The position numbers and the translations under genes are program-made. From a virus (taxonomy: Duplodnaviria > Caudoviricetes), in the IMG/VR virus record IMGVR_UViG_3300030606_000030, positions 1 to 35,435 of that record: DNA of 35,435 nucleotides; one strand, written 5' to 3'. Below, in pieces: positions 1 to 7,482 of the stretch (position 1 is its first letter; every line of letters begins with the position of its first letter). The notes under the pieces are model-generated. The model was not told the origin of the DNA. It worked only from the letters and a program-made list of their open reading frames with translations, and ran no database searches.

Positions 1-2
1 AG

Positions 3-116
3 TTGGAGTCGAAGGGCGTCAGCACCTACCACTACCGCGTCGTATTCAAGCCCCAGACGATCATCCCGGACGTGGATTTTCGCGGTGACGCCAGTGAATT
101 AGCGCCAAACGATTAA
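3..116 (+). CDS. 3' end of a conserved phage protein (beta-sandwich lipoprotein-like), truncated by window start
   Basis: Frame 3 reads LESKGVSTYHYRVVFKPQTIIPDVDFRGDASELAPND*; YHYRVxFKPxTIIPD recalls the C-terminus of a widespread phage family. Confidence 0.6.
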   Translation: MESKGVSTYHYRVVFKPQTIIPDVDFRGDASELAPND

Positions 117-153
117 CCTCTGTTCCAACCCCGACGACCGAAAGGACTCTGAC

Positions 154-555
154 ATGGCCACCAAGATGAACGCCAACGGTAACAGCGAAGACACGGGCGT
201 TACCGCCCAGCACAACGTCAAGGAGCGCGACAAGCAGATCAAGGATGCGATGGAGGAGCTTTACCAGGCCGACAAGCGGATCTCCGCGGCGCTCGAGAAG
301 CACGTCGCCCCGGACCGCGAGGTGAAGAAGGACGCGAAAAAGAAGCTCCGCGAATCTCTGCAGCTCACGACCGAGGTGATCAACGTCGAGTATGCGACCT
401 ACAAGCTCACCCGGCAGAGCCAGGACAATGGCGACGACGCGACGCTCGACCTGATTCGCGAGATGCACGAGCGCCTGCCGCTGGGCGGCACCCTCAACTT
501 CGACGATGCGCTGAAGGTGCGGGATCAGGCGGAGGGCGCGGGCGCGACGGCCTGA
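154..555 (+). CDS. Hypothetical helical protein, possibly GapR/DUF2312-like DNA-binding protein
   Basis: AAGGA RBS upstream; host-like codon usage; HN motif followed by charged helices; family assignment is by loose resemblance only. Confidence 0.6.
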   Translation: MATKMNANGNSEDTGVTAQHNVKERDKQIKDAMEELYQADKRISAALEKHVAPDREVKKDAKKKLRESLQLTTEVINVEYATYKLTRQSQDNGDDATLDLIREMHERLPLGGTLNFDDALKVRDQAEGAGATA

Positions 556-935
556 TGTTCCCGCGCGCACCTCGTCTGGAACCGCGCGACCAGAGGCCGC
601 ACACCATGGATTTCTCGAAGCTGATCGAGGCGATCAACGGGCGGTTGACTTCGATTCCGCTCGATTTGAGGTTATACCGAGAGGGGCGGTCTGGTACGGC
701 TCGCGAGGCCCCCAGCCCAGGGGTTCAGCCCGCCGCCCCGCCACGCCAGGAAACGGGGGCGGACGGTTCACGATTATCGAGCCGCGCCTCCGTTTCCGCT
801 CGCCGCGGGCCCTGGTCCAAGTTCCAAGCGGTCGTCCAGTCGATGACGAACCATCAACGCCATCAGTGGGCGCGGGCCGGCTATCCGGGGCTGAGACAGA
901 AGGACGTGAAGGCGCTGCGGAGGTTCGTCCGGTGA
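555..935 (+). CDS. Hypothetical phage protein
   Basis: TGATG coupling to the previous gene and GTGA coupling to the next; C-terminal MTNHQRHQWARAGYPG. Confidence 0.6.
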   Translation: MFPRAPRLEPRDQRPHTMDFSKLIEAINGRLTSIPLDLRLYREGRSGTAREAPSPGVQPAAPPRQETGADGSRLSSRASVSARRGPWSKFQAVVQSMTNHQRHQWARAGYPGLRQKDVKALRRFVR

Positions 936-1447
936 CTGCGCCCAGCCTGCTCTCGCTCGACCTCGCCACTTCGGTCGGCTGGGCGCGGCTGCGCGACGGC
1001 CGGGTCGACTACGGCACCTACCGGCTGCCGGCGACCGGGCCCGACGTCGGGCGATTCCTCGCCGCCTACGAGGACTGGCTGCGAGTCGCGATGCTGGACG
1101 GGGTCGATGTTTGCGTATTCGAAGCCCCATTCGTGTCCGGGAAGACCAGCCAGGATACCGCGAGGAAGCTGCTCTGCCTCGCCGGGGTGACCGAGCTCGT
1201 GTGCCACCGGCGCGAGATCCGGTGCTTCGAGACCAACATCAAGACCGTGACGAAACACTTCGTCGGTCGCTGCCCGCCGCAACGCGCGGAGAAGAAGGCG
1301 GCGACCTTGAGGGCTTGCAGGCAGCGCGGTTGGCAACCGAAGAACGACGACGAGGCCGATGCACTCGCCGTGCTCGACTACGCCGTCCACTGGCTGCGGC
1401 TCCCGGTGAAGCTGCCGGTGGGCGGACTGTTCGGAGATGCGGCGTGA
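932..1447 (+). CDS. RuvC-like Holliday junction resolvase
   Basis: GTG start in GTGA overlap; motifs LLSLDLATSVGWA, VFEAPF, NDDEADALAV match RuvC acidic catalytic residues. Confidence 0.88.
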   Translation: MTAPSLLSLDLATSVGWARLRDGRVDYGTYRLPATGPDVGRFLAAYEDWLRVAMLDGVDVCVFEAPFVSGKTSQDTARKLLCLAGVTELVCHRREIRCFETNIKTVTKHFVGRCPPQRAEKKAATLRACRQRGWQPKNDDEADALAVLDYAVHWLRLPVKLPVGGLFGDAA

Positions 1448-2859
1448 TGCCTCCGCTCACAATCGATCTGACGGACGGACAACTCGCCATTGTGCGCCAC
1501 TTCGGCAACGCCATGGGCATGAGCGATGCCGAGGCCGCCAAGCACTTCATGTTGCGCGACGCGCTCGACTGGTACGCCAAGGTGATGGTGCGCGAGGCGC
1601 GTGAGGGCCAGCCATCAGCACCACTCCCGGCGGCCGAGAAACCGCCGCCCGTCGTACCTGTGCAGGAACCTGCCCACCGACAGCCGTTGCGAACCGAGGG
1701 CGCCCATGCCGCTTGGACGAACGAGGAATATGCCAAGCTTCGCCAGTGGCGCGCCGAAGGAGTGTCGGCCAGGCAGATGGCGGACCGGCTCGGCCGAAGC
1801 GTCGCCGCGGTCAACACCCGTATTTCCATGCTCAAGCTGCCGCGAGGCAAGCGGGCAAAAAAAAATGGCGTGGCCACACCCCATCGCCGGTTTACCAATC
1901 ACGCGCCCATCGATCCTGAGCGGACGCACGGACTCGCGGATGATCACCCAGCGGTCATTGACGGCCGCACCCTCTTTCCGAGCACCGTCGCGGACCCGGC
2001 CGCTCAAGCGAACGTGCTGATCTCCGGGGCCAACTCGCCTAAGCTGGGCGACTGCGTTGTCAAAGGCCCCTGGGCCGGCCTGCCGATCTACAGCCTGACA
2101 CTCGAGGAGCGCGCCACCTGTCCGCGTTCCTGTCACGTCTGGCGCGAGTGTTATGGGAACGGTATGCCCATGGCGCGGCGCCATCGGCACGGCCCGGAAC
2201 TCATCGCCGCCATCGATACCAATCTTCGAAAGCTGCTGGACGTGCACGAGCAGGGCATCGTCGTCCGGCTGCACCAGCTCGGCGACTTCTACGACAACCC
2301 CTATGTGGCCGCCTGGTGGATGTGGCTCAATGAGCTCCGCGCCCTGCGGGTCTTCGGCTATACCGCGCATCCGAAGAAATCCAAGATCGGATTGGCCATC
2401 GGCGAACTCAACCACTCCTTCCCCGACCGCTGCGCCATCCGCTTCTCCGCTGCCGAGCCCCAGCCCATGGGGGCGACGACGATCCGGCGGAAGGATCGGG
2501 GCCGCGTCGGCGAGGGCATCGTGTGCCCGGCGCAGACCGACGACACGGCCTGCTGCGGCAGTTGCGGGCTGTGCTGGCACCCGGAAGCCCGCGACAAGAC
2601 CATCGTCTTCATGCTGCACGGGCGGAAGTCCGCCGCCGAGGCGAAGCGGAATCCGGCCAAGGCGGGTAAGCCGTGGCCAGCGGAAAAACGAACCGGGCGA
2701 CCGGCCCTCACGGAGTCCGACAACGTGCGCGAGCACGGCGGCGTGTTCAGCCGCCCCATGCAGCGCCGGTGCTTGGAGTGTGACCAAATCTTCAAGACGC
2801 GATCGGTCGATCAGACCGTCTGCGGTCACTGCGGTACCGGCGCGAGTGCATCGCCATGA
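1447..2859 (+). CDS. Multidomain protein: GcrA/Myb-like HTH + Gp88-like Cys-rich domain + C-terminal zinc ribbon
   Basis: ATG in TGATG overlap; WTNEEYAKLRQWRAEGVSARQMADRLGRS (HTH); NSPKLG..TCPRSCHVWRECY..VRLHQLGDFY..CPAQT..CCGSCGLCW (Gp88-like); CLEC..CGHC. Confidence 0.75.
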   Translation: MPPLTIDLTDGQLAIVRHFGNAMGMSDAEAAKHFMLRDALDWYAKVMVREAREGQPSAPLPAAEKPPPVVPVQEPAHRQPLRTEGAHAAWTNEEYAKLRQWRAEGVSARQMADRLGRSVAAVNTRISMLKLPRGKRAKKNGVATPHRRFTNHAPIDPERTHGLADDHPAVIDGRTLFPSTVADPAAQANVLISGANSPKLGDCVVKGPWAGLPIYSLTLEERATCPRSCHVWRECYGNGMPMARRHRHGPELIAAIDTNLRKLLDVHEQGIVVRLHQLGDFYDNPYVAAWWMWLNELRALRVFGYTAHPKKSKIGLAIGELNHSFPDRCAIRFSAAEPQPMGATTIRRKDRGRVGEGIVCPAQTDDTACCGSCGLCWHPEARDKTIVFMLHGRKSAAEAKRNPAKAGKPWPAEKRTGRPALTESDNVREHGGVFSRPMQRRCLECDQIFKTRSVDQTVCGHCGTGASASP

Positions 2860-2938
2860 CCGCGCCCGCGCCTTCCATCTCATTGCCCACAGCGGCAGGG
2901 CATGGATGCCGCCAAGTAAGGAGAGCTGATTCTAGCGC

Positions 2939-3127
2939 ATGAGTCGGGATTGCAACATCGGGGCCGAATGCTGGATGCGGCTGGACGAGGCGATGCTGGC
3001 CGAGCTGCGTGCGATCTGGTGGCGCGCCCGGCGAAACGGCGTCGTTCTGCCGGCCCAACGGGGCATCATAATCGTGGATGGCGACAAGGCAGACGAGGGG
3101 ATCGCGACGTGGACGCCCGCGGCCTGA
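2939..3127 (+). CDS. Small hypothetical protein
   Basis: 62-aa ORF filling the gap before the primase; AGGAG upstream but at long spacing. Confidence 0.35.
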   Translation: MSRDCNIGAECWMRLDEAMLAELRAIWWRARRNGVVLPAQRGIIIVDGDKADEGIATWTPAA

Positions 3128-4953
3128 CGCGCGCCTTGCATGGTAATTGGCACGGCTCTTACGGGACCGCCAAGTGCCCGGCCCATGACGACCGCTCGCC
3201 CAGCCTCTCGATCAGCGACGGAGACAATGGCGGGCTTCTGGTCCACTGCCACGCCGGCTGCTCGCAGGATCAGGTCATCGGCGCGCTCTCCGATCGGGGG
3301 CTGTGGAACGGTCACACGACGGAGCGGGGCCTAAAGCCCGTCGCCCACGCGAAATTCGGCAAGCCCAATGAGATCTACGTCTATACCGAGGATTTCGAGG
3401 TGTGGCGTTGGGAGGCGATCGCGGATCGCCCAAAGGTAATCCGCCCGCTCTACCGGCTGGATGGCGAGTGGCAGTGGAAGCAAAGCATGCCGCCGCCTCG
3501 GCCGCTCTATCGCTTGGCTTCGTTGAAGGCGGACACGTTTCGTCCAGTTTTGCTTGTCGAGGGAGAGAAAACGGCCGAGACGGCTCAATTATTGCTTTCA
3601 CAGTTCACGGTCATGACCTGGCCCGGCGGCGCGAAAGCTATCAAGCAGATCGATTGGCACCCTCTCGGCCACCGGAAAGTGATCTGCTGGCCGGATGCGG
3701 ACGACGAAGGCAAGCGGAGCATGCGGGAGATCGCGGCGAAGCTGACGCATCTCGGGGCTGATGTGCGGATCGTCGACGTGCCGTCGAGTTTGCCGCGTAA
3801 ATGGGACCTGGCCGACAATATCCCGGACGGGCTGGACATCGAGGAGATGATCGCGGCCGCACCCCAGTACACGGCCGAGAAGGCCACTCTGGGTAGCGGG
3901 ATCGCGGTCGTGCGCCCCGAGACGCTGGCGGGAGAGCCTCCGGAAAGACCCTGGCTGGTGGCCGATTGGATTCCTCTCCGGGCCGTCACGATGCTCTCCG
4001 GCGACGGCGGACTCGGCAAGAGCCTGCTCGACATGCAGCTGCAGACCTGTTGCGCGGAGGGGCGCGCCTGGCTCGGTCAATTCGCAAAACGGTGTGTCAG
4101 CGTCGGCGTCTACTGCGAAGACGAAGTCGACGAGCTCCGGCGTCGCCAAATGGCGATCAACAAGGCATTGGGCATCGACACGCCGCCAGGAATGCACTGG
4201 GTAACCCGTGTCGGCTCCGACAACGCCTTGGTCACGTTCGACCGCTTCACCGGAGAAATGGAGCCTACCGGGCTATTTGAGGACCTGCATCGTCTGACGC
4301 AGGATCTCGGGGCCCGCCTGTTGATCCTTGACGCGCTCCACGACTTTTATCCCGGGAACGAGAACGATCGCGTGATGGCGCGACGGTTCATCAATCTCCT
4401 GACCCAGCTCGCCTGCGACATGGACGGCGCTATCGTCCTGAACGCGCATCCGTCCCTGAGCGGCCGCGCCAGCGGCACCGGCGAGTCCGGCAGCACCGCC
4501 TGGAGCAACGCCGTCCGCTCGCGGCTCTATTTCCACCGGCCGCTTGTCGACGGACTGGAGAGCAACGACCGCGACGCGCGGATTTTGAGCAACCGCAAGG
4601 CCAACTATTCGGCCAGTGGGAACACGATCCAATGCCGCTATCGCGATGGCATGTTCGAGCCGAAAGCGACTACGCCGACGAGCGCGGGAGCCGTGGAGCG
4701 CATATTCCTGGACGCCGTGGAGCGCCTTACGAAGCAAGGCGTCAACATGAGCTTCAGTTCGCACGCATCGAATTATGCCGTGCGAAACATCATGACCGCC
4801 GGGCTGAACGATGGAGCAACCAGTCAGGATCTTGCAAAAGCGCTTCGGAACCTCGAGACACGAGGGATCATCGGGACAGAAAAATATGGGAAGCCGAGCA
4901 ACCAGCACACGCGGCTGGCCATCGTTCGAAGGGATCTTTTCAATGCGGCGTAG
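3109..4953 (+). CDS. Primase-helicase fusion (zinc finger + Toprim + RepA/AAA_25 SF4 helicase)
   Basis: GAGGGG RBS and GTG at 3109; CPAHDDRSPSL..HCHAGC zinc finger; VEGEKTA..WPDADDEG Toprim; Walker A GDGGLGKS; Walker B LLILDAL; SGSTAWSNAVRSR. Confidence 0.92.
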   Translation: MDARGLTRALHGNWHGSYGTAKCPAHDDRSPSLSISDGDNGGLLVHCHAGCSQDQVIGALSDRGLWNGHTTERGLKPVAHAKFGKPNEIYVYTEDFEVWRWEAIADRPKVIRPLYRLDGEWQWKQSMPPPRPLYRLASLKADTFRPVLLVEGEKTAETAQLLLSQFTVMTWPGGAKAIKQIDWHPLGHRKVICWPDADDEGKRSMREIAAKLTHLGADVRIVDVPSSLPRKWDLADNIPDGLDIEEMIAAAPQYTAEKATLGSGIAVVRPETLAGEPPERPWLVADWIPLRAVTMLSGDGGLGKSLLDMQLQTCCAEGRAWLGQFAKRCVSVGVYCEDEVDELRRRQMAINKALGIDTPPGMHWVTRVGSDNALVTFDRFTGEMEPTGLFEDLHRLTQDLGARLLILDALHDFYPGNENDRVMARRFINLLTQLACDMDGAIVLNAHPSLSGRASGTGESGSTAWSNAVRSRLYFHRPLVDGLESNDRDARILSNRKANYSASGNTIQCRYRDGMFEPKATTPTSAGAVERIFLDAVERLTKQGVNMSFSSHASNYAVRNIMTAGLNDGATSQDLAKALRNLETRGIIGTEKYGKPSNQHTRLAIVRRDLFNAA

Positions 4954-4980
4954 GATATCCTGTCGGTTGAAAGAGCGAAC

Positions 4981-5115
4981 GTCCCGGTTGGTCCCGGTTC
5001 CCTGTAAGTCATTGAAATTGGCCCGTCCTGGTTATTTCGTCCTGGTTCGGTCCAGGTCCGTCCTGGTTATCCATAACACTTTGATATCATTCGCAGGTCT
5101 AGGTTCGTCCAGGTT
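4981..5115. repeat. Putative replication origin: eight GTCYNGGTY iteron-like repeats with IHF-like sites
   Basis: Copies at 4981, 4991, 5025, 5039, 5050, 5060, 5097, 5107; TAACACTTTGATA (5074-5086) fits IHF consensus YAANNNNTTGATW; TAAGTCATTGAAA (5005-5017) is one mismatch; directly downstream of the primase-helicase. Confidence 0.7.
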
Positions 5116-5388
5116 GCGTCCGGCTAGGTCCTACTACTACGTAGATAGAGGAGGTGGTGGTAGTGGTGGTCGGTGTAGGTCGAGACGACAGCGCAGCGCA
5201 GCGGGTGTCCCGGTCCTAGCGCTCCGCCTGGAGGGCTCGCTTGGACCCGGACCCCTTGCGCTCTCGATCCATCATCGAACGGCTTTCCTCTCACGTCCTG
5301 GATTCAACGTGCCAGTATCCGCGCCCGCGCGCGAGCGGCCCCACCCGCACCTTCCCGAAGGCGAAATTTTCAGACCGGAGAAAACACC

Positions 5389-5655
5389 ATGAGCAAACCA
5401 GCAACCAAACCGCCGTCGAGATCGTCGAAGCCCCGGCCGCCGCCCGCGCCGCCTAAGCACATGAGCCGTCCTACGGTGCGGCAGGTAACGGAGCTGCAAG
5501 GCTTGTTGCGCGAGGCCAATGTGGACAGGCTTCGAGCAATCCTGGCACGTGACCGCGCCGAGACTCGGCTGCTGCGCATTGCTCTGCTGTGCCTCGCCGC
5601 GGGGCTCGCCGTCGGCGGGGTGGCCATGTTCGGGATCCTTGCAGTGGGAGGGTGA
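5389..5655 (+). CDS. Small protein with C-terminal transmembrane helix
   Basis: GGAG RBS; hydrophobic C-terminus IALLCLAAGLAVGGVAMFGILAV. Confidence 0.7.
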   Translation: MSKPATKPPSRSSKPRPPPAPPKHMSRPTVRQVTELQGLLREANVDRLRAILARDRAETRLLRIALLCLAAGLAVGGVAMFGILAVGG

Positions 5656-5685
5656 ACACCATGCCGCTGCCCCTGATCAGCGGCC

Positions 5686-5819
5686 GGCGCGAGGCCAGCC
5701 GTGGCGTGATAGCCAGCTACATCCTGCCTCGCGCCATCTACACCATGCCGCCGTCCCAAACCGGCGGCCGCCACGGGACCATGCCACAGGTGACAACCAG
5801 CACCTTGCTGTCCCGTGGC
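5686..5819 (+). ncRNA. TIGR-like guide units 1-2 (stem-flanked dual-spacer units)
   Basis: GGCGCGAGG-CCA-GCCGTGGCG-TGATAGCCA-GCTACATCC-TG-CCTCGCGCC (5686-5735) and GCCACGGGA-CCA-TGCCACAGG-TGACAACCA-GCACCTTGC-TG-TCCCGTGGC (5770-5819); both have perfect 9-bp stems. Confidence 0.85.
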
Positions 5820-5870
5820 CCTCACAACCTCCGGCCCGGGTGTTTGGGATCGGGCTAGGAGACTAAGACC

Positions 5871-6605
5871 ATGACAATGAAGGATAAACTCGCAAGCGCC
5901 GGCGCGCTGCCGCCCGACCGGAGGCTCTACCTGCTGGCGGTGAAATGCCTACAGGGTGCGGACGGCGTGCCCACGCGCGCGGTGGAGGGTTTCCTTGACG
6001 GCCTGCGCGCGGAGCCGGACCTGCTGTTGGCATTGCTCGCCAAGGACGAAATCGGACAACCGGCGTGGCGCTATCTGAACGCGCGTGCTCAAGAGATGGC
6101 CGGGAAGCCGGCCCGCGGGGGCCAGTCAGCATCTGACAGCCATTTGAGCGGTGCCCCCGCGACCAAACCCCGCCCGGGCGGCCATCCTGGCACTGAAAAC
6201 CATATTGGCGGTGCCGCTCCGGGCGGTGGCGCGAACGGGGCGGGCCACCTTGACGCTGACATCCAAACTACCGGTGCCCGTCCCGTTTCGGTTCGCGCTC
6301 ACAATCGCAGGACACCCGAGGGTCATGCCGCGCTCACCAAGAGCTTCTGGGATCAGAAGCTCGGCCTGTTCGACATCACGCTCAAGACGGCCACGCGGCA
6401 GGATTTCGTCAACCTCAAGCGCAAGGGCATGGTGGTCGACCATATCGCGGATCGCGCGCTGACCGAGATCGATTGGCCGGACGATGTGACGCCGCTGCCC
6501 GAGGTGGCGACACAGGCGCAGGTGGAGGCGATCTTGGCGAGCGGGCGCAAGCTTCTCGGATCGCTCGGTATCGCGAAGGTCAAGGAGGTAGGCCATGCGG
6601 CGTGA
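5871..6605 (+). CDS. Hypothetical protein immediately upstream of Tas; central linker encoded by three guide units
   Basis: AGGAG RBS; helical N- and C-terminal parts joined by a Gly/Pro-rich linker with GQxxxDxH/GHxxxExH/GHxxxDxQ repeats; overlaps the Tas start. Confidence 0.8.
   Translation: MTMKDKLASAGALPPDRRLYLLAVKCLQGADGVPTRAVEGFLDGLRAEPDLLLALLAKDEIGQPAWRYLNARAQEMAGKPARGGQSASDSHLSGAPATKPRPGGHPGTENHIGGAAPGGGANGAGHLDADIQTTGARPVSVRAHNRRTPEGHAALTKSFWDQKLGLFDITLKTATRQDFVNLKRKGMVVDHIADRALTEIDWPDDVTPLPEVATQAQVEAILASGRKLLGSLGIAKVKEVGHAA
6114..6288 (+). ncRNA. TIGR-like guide units 3-5 (inside ORF 5871-6605)
   Basis: CCA-GTCAGCATC-TGACAGCCA-TTTGAGCGG-TG (CCA at 6122); CCA-TCCTGGCAC-TGAAAACCA-TATTGGCGG-TG (6182); CCA-CCTTGACGC-TGACATCCA-AACTACCGG-TG (6245); each closed by its own GC-rich stem. 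Confidence 0.85.
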
Positions 6606-7482
6606 TGGAAACCCGGAGGACGACGGAGGCCAACCAGATCATGACATCCAGACACGAACTGCCTCCGCGTTGGGAGAGGGGGCGGCCCATGGGCATCATG
6701 AAAGCCAAAGTAGTAGTGTCCGCTCCCTCTCCGAAGTCTGCGATCTGTTGGCCAATGCCCAGGCTAAGCGGCGCTTCTGCATCGGCCAGCAGTCGCGTCT
6801 CAACAATGCCCTCGGTGCGCTCGCACGCTGGCAGCTTGGCTGGAAGGTCAGCCTGCCGGAAGCGGAGCGGGAGCGCATTCGCAAGGACGCCGCTAAGCTG
6901 GTCAAGGCGGTCCAGGATGGCGAGCTGCCCGCCGGCATGGAGGATGCGGCGGAAACGCTGCTGCCCTACGTGCAGGACACCGCCATCGGGCGCACGCCCT
7001 TTGATCTGCGCCGCAAGGAGATCGAGAAGGAGATGCGGAAGCTGGTGCGGGATCTGCCGGCCTACGAGTTCGCAGAGAGTGTGAAGGGATTCGGGGATCT
7101 CGCCTTGGCGGTGATCGTGGGCGAGGCCGGGAACCTCGCCAACTATCCGCACTGGCAGCACTTGTGGAAACGGCTCGGCTGGGCGCCGCGCGAGGAATAC
7201 CCGAAGGGCGAGAAGTCCGAGGGCCGCAAGGTGCCGCGCCGGGTGAAGGGCGAGCTATACGGCACCGTCATCGAGCCGCTCATGAAGCTCAACGGTGACG
7301 GCAAATACAAAGCGCTCTACGACCGGCGCAAGGCGGACTACCTGGCGCGCTTCGAGGCCGACGGCAGCAAGACGCCCAAGCTGCACGCCCACAAGCTCGC
7401 CATGCGGGTGATGCTCAAAGAGCTGCTTAAGGATCTTTGGAAGGCCTGGAATGGCCAACTCGACCGTGACGACCAGACGTGA
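6595..7482 (+). CDS. tasA: TasA-like RNA-guided Nop/IS110-domain protein with no nuclease domain
   Basis: AAGGAGG RBS; RRFCIGQQSRLNNAL coiled coil; FAESVKGFGDLALAVIVGEAGNLANYPHWQHLWKRLGWAP (IS110 Transposase_20/Nop-like); C-terminal YKALYDRRK..HAHKLAMRVMLKELLKDLWKAW; no N-terminal DEDD RuvC or HNH; flanked by dual-spacer units. Confidence 0.85.
   Translation: MRRDGNPEDDGGQPDHDIQTRTASALGEGAAHGHHESQSSSVRSLSEVCDLLANAQAKRRFCIGQQSRLNNALGALARWQLGWKVSLPEAERERIRKDAAKLVKAVQDGELPAGMEDAAETLLPYVQDTAIGRTPFDLRRKEIEKEMRKLVRDLPAYEFAESVKGFGDLALAVIVGEAGNLANYPHWQHLWKRLGWAPREEYPKGEKSEGRKVPRRVKGELYGTVIEPLMKLNGDGKYKALYDRRKADYLARFEADGSKTPKLHAHKLAMRVMLKELLKDLWKAWNGQLDRDDQT
6624..6732 (+). ncRNA. TIGR-like guide units 6-7 (inside the 5' end of the Tas ORF)
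   Basis: CGGAGG-CCA-ACCAGATCA-TGACATCCA-GACACGAAC-TG-CCTCCG; GGAGAGGGGGCGGC-CCA-TGGGCATCA-TGAAAGCCA-AAGTAGTAG-TG-TCCGCTCCCTCTCC. Confidence 0.85.

Noticed and set aside
932-1447. RuvC gene as an in-trans nuclease for Tas
   Set aside because: Looks like an ordinary phage resolvase in the replication module, 5 kb away; no evidence of linkage
5120-5155. Guides 7 and 13 targeting the putative origin (CTACTACT, GATAGAGG)
   Set aside because: Single half-site 8/9 matches without the adjacent partner half-site
6595-7482. IS110 insertion sequence or truncated transposase pseudogene
   Set aside because: Intact ORF with strong RBS, no DEDD RuvC domain, and surrounded by many dual-spacer units rather than one bridge RNA; fits TasA better
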